In this document: piece after piece, positions 48,700-58,776 of the stretch
Numbering within the stretch: position 1 is the stretch's first letter
How the letters are laid out: each line of letters begins with the position of its first letter
DNA from: Lacisediminihabitans sp.
GTDB lineage: Bacteria; Actinomycetota; Actinomycetes; Actinomycetales; Microbacteriaceae
Direction of reading: 5' to 3'
Length of the DNA stretch: 64,000 nucleotides
Assembly (NCBI RefSeq): GCF_036404185.1
Contig: NZ_DASWPB010000087.1
Coordinates: 3,532-67,531, forward strand
Made by a program: the position numbers and the translations under genes
Notes under the pieces: generated by a model
Told to the model about the DNA's origin: nothing
What the model saw: only the letters and a program-made list of their open reading frames with translations
Databases searched by the model: none

Positions 48700-49351
48700 A
48701 ACGGCCGAGGAGCGAGGAGCGGAGGAACGCGTTCACGTCGTCCAGCTCCTCCCGGGAGATGGAATGGCCGATGCCGGGGTAGTGCCGCTCGGTGAGCGTC
48801 GCGTGTCCGGGCAGCCACGCCGAGGTGCGTTCGACGGCGTCCGTCGGAATCACGGGATCGGCCGGGTCACGACCCCAGAACACGGGGGGACGGGACGACT
48901 CAAGCGAGGCATCCGCCGGCAGCTCCCCGGAGATGCTGAACCCGGACAGCGTCACGTAACTCGCGAAACGCTCCGGCGCGTGACGCATGAGATGCAGCGC
49001 CATGGCTCCGCCCTGGGAGAAGCCGAGCAGCCCGATCCTGGTCGACGTCTGCACGGTGTCGAGCCATTCCAGAACCGCCTCCGTCGCCGCGGCGGCAGCG
49101 ACCGTGCTCGGGTCCCCCGCGTCACCGAGGGGAAACCAGGTGTAGCCGTCACCGAGAGGCATGGGGGCCCGGACGGAGGCGATCACCGGGGTCTTCGGCA
49201 GCAGCGGCACGAGCGTGAACAGGTCCTGCTCGTGCGAGCCGCGTCCGTGCATGAGCACAAGAAGGGGGCGGCTGGCGAGTGCCTGGGCCCTGCCGGTCTC
49301 GGGGACGGACCAGGCAACCGCCTGCGGATCGATGGCGAGCGTCGACGACAT
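48698..49351 (-). CDS. Phospholipase/carboxylesterase (alpha/beta hydrolase)
   Basis: LMHGRGSHE.D, GFSQGG, DPVI, GHSI. Confidence 0.92.
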   Translation of the reverse strand: MSSTLAIDPQAVAWSVPETGRAQALASRPLLVLMHGRGSHEQDLFTLVPLLPKTPVIASVRAPMPLGDGYTWFPLGDAGDPSTVAAAAATEAVLEWLDTVQTSTRIGLLGFSQGGAMALHLMRHAPERFASYVTLSGFSISGELPADASLESSRPPVFWGRDPADPVIPTDAVERTSAWLPGHATLTERHYPGIGHSISREELDDVNAFLRSSLLGR

Positions 49352-49409
49352 GACCCCAGCCTACGGCGGGACCGTCTCCTCCCGCCTCGTCCGCCGGGGT
49401 CGGGGAGGG

Positions 49410-50552
49410 CTACTCCGGCCCGAGAAGCGCGGTGGCGACCGTCTGGTGCACGGAGTCCTCGTTGCTCGGGTGGAAACCACCGGCGACGACATCCCGGTAG
49501 AGGCGGCCCAGCTCGCTCGAGGTCGAGAAGACCGCTCCCCCGGCGACGGCGATCGCCTGGTCGACGACGAATCGAGCCGTTCGTGTCGCCCTCGACTTGA
49601 GCCCGACGAGCCCGCGGAACCACTGGTCGCCGCGATCGACGAGACGATCGACGTCGTCGGCCAGCGCATCCAGCTGAGGCGGAAGCGCATCCTGGGCGAG
49701 TGCGGCATCGGCGATCTTCCACCGGGTGTTCGGATTCCTGTCGCCGGACAGCCCCGTGCGCGCGGAACGGCGGCCCTTCGCGGCAGCCACGGCGAGCTCG
49801 AGGGCACGCTGGCCGATCCCGGTGTAGACGGCCGAGACCAGGATCTCGAAGTTGGCGAAGATGGCGAAGATCAGCGGATCCGCACTCGGACCGGGATCCA
49901 GTCGCCGCACGATGCGGTCGGCGGTCGCCACCGCGTGATCGAGCCTGGTGCTGTTGCTCTGGCTGGCCCGCATGCCGATGGTGTCCCAGTCGGGGAGGAT
50001 CGTGATGCCCGCGGTGTCGCGGGTGACGAAGGCGTGGACGAGCTTGGGCGCGTCGTCCGAGACCGTGTCGAGGCCGAAGAGGCCGAGGCGGGTCCAGGCA
50101 GGCGAGAGGCTCGTGAAGATCTTGGTCCCGGTGAACGCGTAGCCGCCGCCGGCGACCGGCTCAGCCTCGGTGCGGCTACCGAACAGCACGAGGTCGTTTC
50201 CCGCCTCGCTGATGGCGAAGGCGAACACCTCACCGGCCGCGGCCTCGCGCAGGACGAACTCGAGGGAGTCGTCGCCCCGATCGCGAAGGGTCTTGGCGAT
50301 CCCCGTCCAGACGAGATGCATGTTCACGGCGAGCGCCGTGGCGGGAGCGGCGGCGGCGAGACGGATCTGCTCGTGGGCGGCCTCTCGGAGGCTCAGGCCG
50401 GCGCCGCCGAGGTCGACCGGGACGAGCGCACGCAGGTAGCCGGCGGCCTTCAGCTCGTCGAGGTCCTCCGTGAAGAAGGCGTTGTCGCGGTCGTAACCGG
50501 CCGCCCGATCGTGGATGCGCGCGAGAAGGTCGTCGTCGAGGAAACTCATCAT
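49410..50552 (-). CDS. Acyl-CoA dehydrogenase-family flavoprotein
   Basis: VPVDLGGAG, GTKIFTS, WDTIGMRASQS, RLYRDV. Confidence 0.9.
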   Translation of the reverse strand: MMSFLDDDLLARIHDRAAGYDRDNAFFTEDLDELKAAGYLRALVPVDLGGAGLSLREAAHEQIRLAAAAPATALAVNMHLVWTGIAKTLRDRGDDSLEFVLREAAAGEVFAFAISEAGNDLVLFGSRTEAEPVAGGGYAFTGTKIFTSLSPAWTRLGLFGLDTVSDDAPKLVHAFVTRDTAGITILPDWDTIGMRASQSNSTRLDHAVATADRIVRRLDPGPSADPLIFAIFANFEILVSAVYTGIGQRALELAVAAAKGRRSARTGLSGDRNPNTRWKIADAALAQDALPPQLDALADDVDRLVDRGDQWFRGLVGLKSRATRTARFVVDQAIAVAGGAVFSTSSELGRLYRDVVAGGFHPSNEDSVHQTVATALLGPE

Positions 50553-50603
50553 CCAAGGATGTCACTCGTCGTGCGGCAGAATGGGGTCAGTGAGACACCA
50601 GCT

Positions 50604-51938
50604 ATGACCCCCGCGCCAGAGACGACCGAGACGACCGGACCCCGGCACTCCCACTTCATCGATCTCTCGCCCCTGCGCGAGTCCCCCGCCTTCGCCAGGC
50701 TCTGGGCCGGCGGCGCGATCTCGGGGATCGGCGGTCAGATGACGATCGTCGCCGTCGGGCTGCACATCTACCAGATCACCCGTTCGACCTTCGCGGTGTC
50801 CCTTGTCGGCGCGTTCGCGCTCATCCCCATGGTGATCTTCGGCCTCTACGGCGGCATGCTCGCCGACGCCTTCGACCGGCGCATCGTGCTCTTCGTCGCC
50901 GCCGTCGTCGCCTGGGGTTCGACGATCACGCTCGCGAGCATCGCCTGGCTTGGGGTCGAGACGGTGTGGCCGTTCTACCTGCTCACCACCCTCACCGCGG
51001 TCGCCTCGACCGTGATCGGGGGGGTGCGTTCCGCCGTGCCGCCCCGGCTGCTCCCGCGCCGGCTGCTGCCCGCGGCATCCGCCCTCGGCGGGATCAGCGT
51101 GGGCATCATGGTCACCGTCGGACCGGCGCTGGCGGGGGTGCTCGTGGCGAGCGTCGGCTTCGCCTGGACCTACACGGTCGACGTCATCCTGTTCCTCAGC
51201 GCCTTCCTCGGTATCCTCTCCCTGCCGCGGCTGGCGCCCGAGGGTGAGGTGCAGCGGCCCGGGCTGGAGTCCCTGCGCTACGGCCTGGCGTTCCTGAGGC
51301 GCGCCCCGAACATCAGGATGACCTTCATCGTCGACATCATCGCGATGACCTTCGGACAGCCGAGGGTGCTGTTCCCGGCCGTCGGCGCGCTCGTGCTCGG
51401 CGGTGGGGCCGTGACGGTGGGCATCCTCACCGCGGGCGGTGCCGTCGGTGCGTTGTTGAGCAGCCTGTTCTCCGGACGACTCGGCGGACTGCGCTGGCAC
51501 GGCAGGCTGATCACCCGGTCGATCGTCGTCTACGGCGCCTTCATCGCGGCATTCGGTCTTGTGCTCGCCGTGCTGAGTCTCGGCACCTTCGGGAGGGTCA
51601 CGTCGTCGATCGGGCACGCCAACCTCGTCGCCATCCTCGTCTCCGCGGTGCTCCTCGCCGGCGCGGGTGCGGCGGACAACGTCAGCAGCATCTTCCGCCA
51701 GACCATGCTCCAGACCGCCGTTCCTGACAACATGCGCGGGCGACTGCAGGGCGTCTTCACCGTCGTCGTCACGGGCGGCCCACGCATCGGGGACATCTAC
51801 GTCGGGCTCGCTGTGGGATTCGGCGCGCTGTGGCTGCCGCCCCTTCTCGGCGGCCTGCTCATCGTCGCCGCCCTGCTGACGCTGGTACGCATCCAGCGGG
51901 GCTTCCTCCGCTACGACGCCTTCGACCCGACGCCGTGA
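50604..51938 (+). CDS. MFS transporter (EntS/MFS_3-like)
   Basis: IDLSPLR.SPAFARLW, GGMLADAFDRR, VPDNMRGRLQG. Confidence 0.9.
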   Translation: MTPAPETTETTGPRHSHFIDLSPLRESPAFARLWAGGAISGIGGQMTIVAVGLHIYQITRSTFAVSLVGAFALIPMVIFGLYGGMLADAFDRRIVLFVAAVVAWGSTITLASIAWLGVETVWPFYLLTTLTAVASTVIGGVRSAVPPRLLPRRLLPAASALGGISVGIMVTVGPALAGVLVASVGFAWTYTVDVILFLSAFLGILSLPRLAPEGEVQRPGLESLRYGLAFLRRAPNIRMTFIVDIIAMTFGQPRVLFPAVGALVLGGGAVTVGILTAGGAVGALLSSLFSGRLGGLRWHGRLITRSIVVYGAFIAAFGLVLAVLSLGTFGRVTSSIGHANLVAILVSAVLLAGAGAADNVSSIFRQTMLQTAVPDNMRGRLQGVFTVVVTGGPRIGDIYVGLAVGFGALWLPPLLGGLLIVAALLTLVRIQRGFLRYDAFDPTP

Positions 51939-51998
51939 CGGAGGCACCCGCGGCGGTCCCAGAGCTCACCCTATGCCCCTCCCTGCGAGGCGCCGACG

Positions 51999-53501
51999 TC
52001 AGGCTCGTCGAAGGGTGACGACGTTCCACGACACGGGCGGGAAGGCCACCGAGTCGGTGACCGAAACCGTACGCGGCGTGACGTTCTCCATCCGGTCCGC
52101 GGTGTTCGCGGCGTCCCTGTCGTCGTGGGTCAGCACCCGGTGCGCCATCGCCCGGTAGCCCTCGAACCGACCACCGAGCACGAGGTCGAGTTCCACCGTC
52201 CGATCGAGCGATCGGTTAGCGGCGAAAATCACGATCTCCCCCGTGCCCTCGTCCCAGGTCGCCGCCGCGACCACGTCATCGACCTCGCCGTACTTCGCCG
52301 TCTCGTGCCTGCCCGCGTCGATGTCGAGCCGGAGCGCCACCCCGCCGGCACGGGCGGCCACGTCGGCGAAGGGGAAGAAGGTGGTCTGGCGCCAGGCGGC
52401 GCCGCCCTCCACGGTGGTGATCGGCGCGATCACGTTGACGAGCTGGGCGATGCACGCCATCCGCACCCGATCGGCATGGTTGAGCAGCGAGATGAGCAAG
52501 CTGCCCACCACGACCGCCTCGGTCACGGTATAAACGTCCTCGGCGAGGTCGGGGGCCTCCCGCCAGGCCTCACGGCTGCCGTCGTGCGAGTGGAACTCGG
52601 TCTGATGCCACACGTTCCACTCGTCGAAGGAGAGCTGAATGCTCTTCCTGCTGTGCAGCTTGCCCTTGATGTGATCCGCGGTCGCGACGACGCTGGTGAT
52701 GAAGTCGTCCATCGAGTCGGACGAGGCGAGGAAGCTGGCGGCATCGCCGTCCACATCCTCGTAGTAGTTGTGCAGCGAGATGTAGTCGACCTGCTCGTAG
52801 GTCTCCTCCAGCACGGTCGCCTCCCACTCGCCGAAGGTGGGCATCCAGCGGTTGGAGCTACCGCAGGCGACCAGCTCGATGCCGGGGTCGACCCGCCGCA
52901 TCGCCTTCGCCGACTCGAGAGCGATGCGGCCGTATTCGACCGCGGTCTTGTGACCGATCTGCCAGGGGGCGTCCATTTCGTTGCCGAGACACCAGATTTT
53001 GATACCGTACGGATCCGCTACGCCGTGGCTCCGGCGCAGGTCGGACCAGTAGGTGCCGCCCGGGTGGTTGCAGTACTCGACCAGATTGCGGGCGGCATCC
53101 ACTCCGCGTGTACCGAGGTTGACCGCCATCATCAGCTCGACGTCGGCATTCTCCGACCATGCGGCGAACTCGGCCAGCCCGACCCGGTTGGTCTCACGGC
53201 TGCGCCAGGCGAGGTCGAGGCGCACCGGGCGGTCCTCGACGGGGCCGACCCCGTCCTCCCAGTTGTAGGCGGAGACGAAGTTGCCGCCCGGGTAGCGCAC
53301 CATCGTCGGACCCAGCTCCTTGACGAGGCGCAGCACGTCCGTCCGGAAGCCGTGCTCGTCGGCGGTCGCGTGACCCGGCTCGTAGATGCCGCCATAGACG
53401 GCCCTGCCCATGTGCTCCACGAACGAGCCGAACAGGCGGCGGTCGACATCGCCGATCAGGTAAGCGTCATGGACAACGATTCTTGCGGTGCTCACGAGCA
53501 C
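51999..53501 (-). CDS. Alpha-L-arabinofuranosidase (GH51)
   Basis: FGSFVEHMGRAVYGG, RYPGGNF, WCLGNEMD.PWQ.G, SFDEWNVW, AQLVNVI. Confidence 0.95.
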   Translation of the reverse strand: MLVSTARIVVHDAYLIGDVDRRLFGSFVEHMGRAVYGGIYEPGHATADEHGFRTDVLRLVKELGPTMVRYPGGNFVSAYNWEDGVGPVEDRPVRLDLAWRSRETNRVGLAEFAAWSENADVELMMAVNLGTRGVDAARNLVEYCNHPGGTYWSDLRRSHGVADPYGIKIWCLGNEMDAPWQIGHKTAVEYGRIALESAKAMRRVDPGIELVACGSSNRWMPTFGEWEATVLEETYEQVDYISLHNYYEDVDGDAASFLASSDSMDDFITSVVATADHIKGKLHSRKSIQLSFDEWNVWHQTEFHSHDGSREAWREAPDLAEDVYTVTEAVVVGSLLISLLNHADRVRMACIAQLVNVIAPITTVEGGAAWRQTTFFPFADVAARAGGVALRLDIDAGRHETAKYGEVDDVVAAATWDEGTGEIVIFAANRSLDRTVELDLVLGGRFEGYRAMAHRVLTHDDRDAANTADRMENVTPRTVSVTDSVAFPPVSWNVVTLRRA

Positions 53502-53552
53502 AGTCCTTTCCTTTCGGGATTTCGGGCGGATCGCACCGCCGAGGAGGGGTGA

Positions 53553-54893
53553 TCAGGAACGATCGGGCATCTCCAGCGGCTCGACACGCTTGATCACGAA
53601 GGCGTAGGAGACGATCCCCAGCACGAGGAATCCGAGCGTCATGAACATCGGCGCGAGGAAGGAGCCGCCCGTCGCGTCGAGCAGCGCACCGACGGCGATG
53701 GAGACCAGGATGCCCGCGGCGCTGCCGGCGAAGTTCATCAGCCCGGCGAGCGAACCCACGTGGCCGACGGTCGGCGCGAGCTCGGACGGCAGCAGCCACA
53801 CACTCGCGTTCGCGAAGGTCAGGGCGCCGTATGAGATCGACAACAGCACGATCGCCACCGCTGGGCTGTCGGTGAAGATCGAGAAGATGATGACCGTCGA
53901 GACGATGAGGCCGCCGATGATGAGCGTCTTGCGGGCCCGGGTCGCCGACCAGCCGCGCCGGATCAGGTAGTCGGCGAAGATCCCGCCCGCCCAGCCGGAT
54001 GGCACCGCGACCCAGGCCGGGATCGAGCCGAACAGTCCGAGCGACGGCAGCGTGAATCCGCGGCTGTCGATCAGGTAGGTGGGGAACCAGGTGACGAACC
54101 AATAGATGACGAAGGCGACGCAGAAGTTGCCGAGGATCATGCCCCATACCGCACGGAAACGGAGCAGATCGATCCAGCGCACCTTCACCTTCGGTGCGGT
54201 GTCGAGCTCTTCTGGAGTCTCCTGGCCCGCCTCGATGTAGGCGAGCTCCTCGGCAGAGACCAGCTTGCTCGCGCGGGGGGTGCGGTAGAACAGATACCAG
54301 GCAATGGCCCAGATGATGCCGAGCAGGCCGGTGACCACGAAGGAGCCGCGCCAGCTGATGACCGCCATCACGCTGACCACGATCGGCAGGGCGATCGCCG
54401 TTCCCACGCGCGAACCGCTGTCGAAGATCGCCGTCGCGACACCGCGCTCGCGCTTGGGGATCCATTCCCGGACGGCCTTGACGTTGCTCGGATAGGCGGG
54501 CGACTCGCCGACGCCGAGCAGCAAGCGCAGGCCGAGCAGCGACGCGAAGCCGCGCCCGAGGGAGGTGGCGGCGGTGAACACCGACCAGAGCAGTGCGCCC
54601 ACCGTGTAGGACACACGCGCTCCGACCCGGTCGACGAACCACCCGGCGAACAGCTGGCAGATCGCGTAGGTCCAGAAGAACCCCGAGAGGATCAGGCCGA
54701 GCTCGGTGTTGCTGAGGCCGAACTCCTTCTGAATCGTGGGGGCCGCCGCGCTGAGGTTCGCGCGATCCAGATAGACGATCGTGGTGCCGAGGAAGGCGAG
54801 GAGGACGACGACCCACCGCACCGCACCGCGCGGTCGCGATGCGGCAACCGCATCCACAGGGCGCTCTGGGCGGGTCTCGGGAACTTGCGACAT
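53553..54893 (-). CDS. MFS transporter, anion:cation symporter (ACS)-like
   Basis: YLDRANLS.A, S.FFWTYA..Q...GW.VDR.G, LGVGESPAYP, WFPTYL. Confidence 0.9.
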   Translation of the reverse strand: MSQVPETRPERPVDAVAASRPRGAVRWVVVLLAFLGTTIVYLDRANLSAAAPTIQKEFGLSNTELGLILSGFFWTYAICQLFAGWFVDRVGARVSYTVGALLWSVFTAATSLGRGFASLLGLRLLLGVGESPAYPSNVKAVREWIPKRERGVATAIFDSGSRVGTAIALPIVVSVMAVISWRGSFVVTGLLGIIWAIAWYLFYRTPRASKLVSAEELAYIEAGQETPEELDTAPKVKVRWIDLLRFRAVWGMILGNFCVAFVIYWFVTWFPTYLIDSRGFTLPSLGLFGSIPAWVAVPSGWAGGIFADYLIRRGWSATRARKTLIIGGLIVSTVIIFSIFTDSPAVAIVLLSISYGALTFANASVWLLPSELAPTVGHVGSLAGLMNFAGSAAGILVSIAVGALLDATGGSFLAPMFMTLGFLVLGIVSYAFVIKRVEPLEMPDRS

Positions 54894-55019
54894 GGATGCA
54901 CTCACTTCCTTGTGACGAGGGGCCCTGAGGCCAGCACTCACTTATATGACATGTGACACGTAAGCATGCTTGCCGCAGCGATGTCAAGCCCTCGACACGT
55001 GGTGTTCCCGAAGGGGGCG

Positions 55020-55727
55020 TCAGACCACGTTCGCCTGAAAGCCCAGGAGGCCCTTGCCGAGGTTGTCCCGCATCGCCTCCGCCGCCCCGTTGCCATCGTG
55101 GACCGCGATGCACTCCACGATCGCGGCGTGCGACTCCACGAGCTCATGCACGCCGACCTCACCGTTCTTCACCCATCCCTGCCAGACCTGCCGTAACAGC
55201 TTGTCCAGCAGCGGAGAGAGCGCATCGACGAGCATCTCCATCACGTCGTTGTGGGCGGCACCGACGACCTCGCGATGGAATTCGACATCGGCGCGGTACA
55301 GCGTGCCCACGTCGGTGGCCGCACGGAGGGCCTCCATCTTGCGGCGGATGCCCTGGATCTCCTCGTCCGTGGCCCTCTCCGCTGCCAGGCGTGCCGCCGC
55401 GACCTCGATGGACTCGCGGATCTCCTGCACCTGCTCCAGGTCATGGCCCCGCACCGCGAATCGCAGCCGCATCAGCCGTTCGAGCTGGGTGCTCCCCGGC
55501 ACGGAGATCACGCTCTGGCTGCCCTGCTGACGCTTCAGCAGCCCTTGACCGGACAGCTCGGCGACCGCCTCCCGAATTACCGTGCGGCTCACCCCGAGCT
55601 CCTCGGCCATCTCCGCCGCGGACGGAATCGGGTCACCCTCCCTGAGGCCCTGATCCTGCACCAGACTGATGATCGAATCCGCGGTCAGCTGCGTGAGCGA
55701 CGGCCGATTGAGCGCACGACGTGGCAT
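55020..55727 (-). CDS. GntR/FadR family regulator
   Basis: EGDPIPS..EMAEELGVSRTVIREA; FCD domain D.EFH......HN. Confidence 0.93.
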   Translation of the reverse strand: MPRRALNRPSLTQLTADSIISLVQDQGLREGDPIPSAAEMAEELGVSRTVIREAVAELSGQGLLKRQQGSQSVISVPGSTQLERLMRLRFAVRGHDLEQVQEIRESIEVAAARLAAERATDEEIQGIRRKMEALRAATDVGTLYRADVEFHREVVGAAHNDVMEMLVDALSPLLDKLLRQVWQGWVKNGEVGVHELVESHAAIVECIAVHDGNGAAEAMRDNLGKGLLGFQANVV

Positions 55728-55870
55728 GAATCCTCCTCACGCCGGCGTCGGCGCACCGCTTATCATACAAGTGTTCGCGCGCGGGTTCTCTTGGCAGGCT
55801 CGGCGACCGGAGGGCCGCCGGTGACACCAGCACGAGAGAACCGGCACGGCACCCCAACGCGGTCGAACGG

Positions 55871-58108
55871 TCAGAGTCCCGCCGGGAGTTCGCCCTCGCT
55901 GACGAGGTACAGCCGTTGGGTGGCGCGGGTCATCGCGACGTAGAGTGCGCCGGCTCCGCGCTCCGATGCTGCCAGGATCGCGACGGGATCGACGACGACG
56001 ACCGCATCGAACTCGAGGCCCTTGGCCTCCTGCGGGGTGAGCACCGCGATGTCCTTGGTCAGGCCCTGGGCGCCGACGGCGACGGCGGAGCCGAACTCGT
56101 CCGCGAGGCGCCCGGCCAGGGTGGTCAGCCCGGCCTCCTGGACGATCACGGCGAGGGTGCCCCCCTCCCCGGTTGCGAGGTTCCTGCGCACGGCCTCCGC
56201 CGCATCCTCGACGAGCTCGATCGGCCATCGGGTGGCGCGAACGGCGCGAGAGGGGGTGATCGGGAGACCGTGGGCGACGGCCATCCGTTCCGCCGCCTCG
56301 GCGATCTGACTGGGGGTCCGGTAATTGACGGTCAGTTCCTCGAGCCGCCAGCGGTCCGCCTCCGGCGAGCCCTCGAGGAGCGGCTCCAGCGCATCCTTCC
56401 AGCTGGAGGAGGCCGAGGCAGACGCGGCCTGGGCGATGTCGCCGACGATCGTGAACGACCGCTGCGGTCCGCGGCGCAGCAGCAGCCTCCATTGCATGGG
56501 CGAGAGCTCCTGGGCCTCGTCCACCACGACGTGACCGTAGGTCCAGCTGCGGTCGGCCGCCGCCCTCTCGGCGGTGGTCCCGCGGTACCCGGTCTCGGCG
56601 AAGCCAGCGGCGAGGGACTTCGCGTCGACGAGGCCCGCGACATCCATGTTCTCGATGGCATGCTCGGCGTTCTCGATGTCCCGTTTGCGCTGCTGCTTGG
56701 CCTCACGCTTCGCGGCGGCGTCGGCGACGCTGTACTCGCCGAGGTGCTCCGCGGCCTCGTCGAGCAACGGGATGTCCGAGACGGTGAACTCGGCGTCGCG
56801 GGCACGGTAGAGCAGGGCGCGCTGCTCCGCGGTCCAGTCCGGCGTGAGCTCGGCAAGCCACTGCGGGCGGGCGTAGAGGTCCTGCACCAGCTTCTCCGGC
56901 GTGAGCGGAAGCCAGGCGGTGTTCAGCGCGATGCGCACGTCCTCCGATGAGCGCAGGTCCTCGCGCAGCATGGGGAGGTCGGAGTCGTCCATCGAATTGC
57001 CGGCGTCTTTGAGCTGGGTCAGCCATTGACGGCTGAGCGCACCGAGGGCGTGCTTCACGAAGATCACCCTGGCCTCGTTGTACGGCTTGTTCGACTCCCT
57101 GGCACGGTGGATGGCCGCCGCGACGAGCTGCGGATCCAGGGTGAGCCGGTCGCCGCTCACCTCGAGCCCCTGCGGGAGGGAGGGGATCCTCTGCCTCGAG
57201 CGCACCGCGCGGGCGATGAGGCCGGCCATCGAGGACCGTCCCTTGAGCGCGGCGACCGCCGGAGCGTCCTCCCTCGTCGCCTCGACCCCCGGATAGAGCT
57301 GACCGAGGCTCGCGAGCACGACCCCGGTCTCGCCGAGTGACGGCAGGACGGCCTCGATGTACTGAAGGAAGGATGGCGACGGCCCGACGATCAGGACCCC
57401 CGAATTGCGCAGGCGGTCGCGATGCGAATAGAGCAGGTAGGCGGCGCGGTGCAGGGCGACGGCCGTCTTCCCCGTGCCCGGCCCTCCCTGGACCACGAGC
57501 ACACCCCGGAGATCGGACCGGATGATGCGGTCCTGCTCCGCCTGGATGGTCGCGACGATGTCCGCCATGCGCCCGGTCCGCTGGGCGGTCAGGGCCGCGA
57601 GGAGCGCGCTCTCGCCCTGGAGCTCCGCCGACTCCCCCTGGAGCAGCTCGGCATCGAAGATCTCGTCCTCGATGCGGATGACGCTCCGCCCCTTGGACAG
57701 GAGATGACGACGTGCCCTCGCCCCGAGCGGGGTCGCGGCGGTCGCCTGGTAGAAGGCGCTCGCCTGGGGCACGCGCCAGTCGAGCAGGATCGGCCGGAGA
57801 TCGGTGTCGCGCAGGCCGATGCGACCGATGTAGCGCAGCACCGGACCGTCCTCGTCCGCGTCGGCCCCGCCGGGCTCGAGCTCCAGCCGGCCGAAGGCGA
57901 GCCGCTCGTCGACCTCACGAAGCTGCACGATCCGGTCCTCATAGATCCTGGCGAAGGTGTCCCGCTCCGAGCGGCCCTGATGGTTGCCGCCCACATCGAG
58001 CAGACGCACGGCATCGAGTTGCTGCTCTGCCTCGTGCTTCAGCGCGTCGAGGCGCGCGTACAGCGTGGCCACGTAGTCCTGCTCGTGCTTCAGCTCGTGA
58101 TCGGCCAC
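55871..58108 (-). CDS. helD: HelD-like SF1 ATPase (RNA polymerase recycling motor)
   Basis: LAFGRL, YIGRIGL, LLDWR.P..S.FYQAT, DIVATIQAEQDRIIR, QGGPGTGKT, VDEAQE, KGLEFD, LYVAMTRA. Confidence 0.88.
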   Translation of the reverse strand: MADHELKHEQDYVATLYARLDALKHEAEQQLDAVRLLDVGGNHQGRSERDTFARIYEDRIVQLREVDERLAFGRLELEPGGADADEDGPVLRYIGRIGLRDTDLRPILLDWRVPQASAFYQATAATPLGARARRHLLSKGRSVIRIEDEIFDAELLQGESAELQGESALLAALTAQRTGRMADIVATIQAEQDRIIRSDLRGVLVVQGGPGTGKTAVALHRAAYLLYSHRDRLRNSGVLIVGPSPSFLQYIEAVLPSLGETGVVLASLGQLYPGVEATREDAPAVAALKGRSSMAGLIARAVRSRQRIPSLPQGLEVSGDRLTLDPQLVAAAIHRARESNKPYNEARVIFVKHALGALSRQWLTQLKDAGNSMDDSDLPMLREDLRSSEDVRIALNTAWLPLTPEKLVQDLYARPQWLAELTPDWTAEQRALLYRARDAEFTVSDIPLLDEAAEHLGEYSVADAAAKREAKQQRKRDIENAEHAIENMDVAGLVDAKSLAAGFAETGYRGTTAERAAADRSWTYGHVVVDEAQELSPMQWRLLLRRGPQRSFTIVGDIAQAASASASSSWKDALEPLLEGSPEADRWRLEELTVNYRTPSQIAEAAERMAVAHGLPITPSRAVRATRWPIELVEDAAEAVRRNLATGEGGTLAVIVQEAGLTTLAGRLADEFGSAVAVGAQGLTKDIAVLTPQEAKGLEFDAVVVVDPVAILAASERGAGALYVAMTRATQRLYLVSEGELPAGL

Positions 58109-58196
58109 TCGAATTACCCCTCGAAAATCCAGCGTTCAAGTTTAGTTGTCCCGCTGGGCGTCTCCTGACCGCGAAGGCCATCGGCCTCGGCGCCGG

Positions 58197-58724
58197 TCAG
58201 GCCTGTCGATAGGGCTCCAGGTCGGGGTCGAGAGGAATCCTGCCCACGGTCGCCAACAGGTCGAGCGCGACGGTCTGGCCGGCGAAGGCGAGCAGCGTGA
58301 GGCGGCGCTCCGGCCCGAAGGCCGACTGCAGCCGCGAGTAGAACTCATCGGGGATGTCGTGCGGACTGCGCACGATGAGCCTGCCCCAGTCGATGAGGAG
58401 TTGTTCCGCCTCCGTGACCTGGGGGTTGTCCGGATCGTCCCCCGCCTCCAGCAGCGTCCTGCGGAACGACAGCGCGGTGGGAAGGCTGCCGTCTTCGTCG
58501 GCGATCGCATAGGCGAACAGCGTCAGGGCCCGTTCCCCGATCCAGGGGGCGATCTCGTCCCAGAGCGCCTGCCACCCGAGGGACACGCGAAAGCTCGTGG
58601 GATTGGCGAGCAGCGCCGCCTGGAGACCCGTGATCGAACCGCCCTGCGCATCCGCTCTCGCATCCCGGAGGGCCTTCGCCTCCGGCTTGAGGGTGCTCTC
58701 GGTCGCGGGGATCAGGAAGGTCAT
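58197..58724 (-). CDS. Hypothetical protein, possibly AhpD/CMD-like fold
   Basis: 175-aa helical ORF; TEAEQLLIDWG...PHDIPDEFYSRL...F; leaderless start after TAGGCT. Confidence 0.7.
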   Translation of the reverse strand: MTFLIPATESTLKPEAKALRDARADAQGGSITGLQAALLANPTSFRVSLGWQALWDEIAPWIGERALTLFAYAIADEDGSLPTALSFRRTLLEAGDDPDNPQVTEAEQLLIDWGRLIVRSPHDIPDEFYSRLQSAFGPERRLTLLAFAGQTVALDLLATVGRIPLDPDLEPYRQA

Positions 58725-58776
58725 GCCACCAGCCTAGGCAGTCAAGACGACCCCTCGTTCCCGGGCTTCCGGAGCC

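Noticed and set aside
49161-50603. 925-aa ORF extending the EntS-like MFS N-terminally
   Set aside because: The extension is antisense to the acyl-CoA dehydrogenase-family gene; MFS homology begins near 50604
58164-58201. Rifamycin-associated element upstream of helD
   Set aside because: The GGCC-containing hairpin does not match the RAE as I recall it and overlaps the upstream gene's stop, so a terminator-like role is more likely
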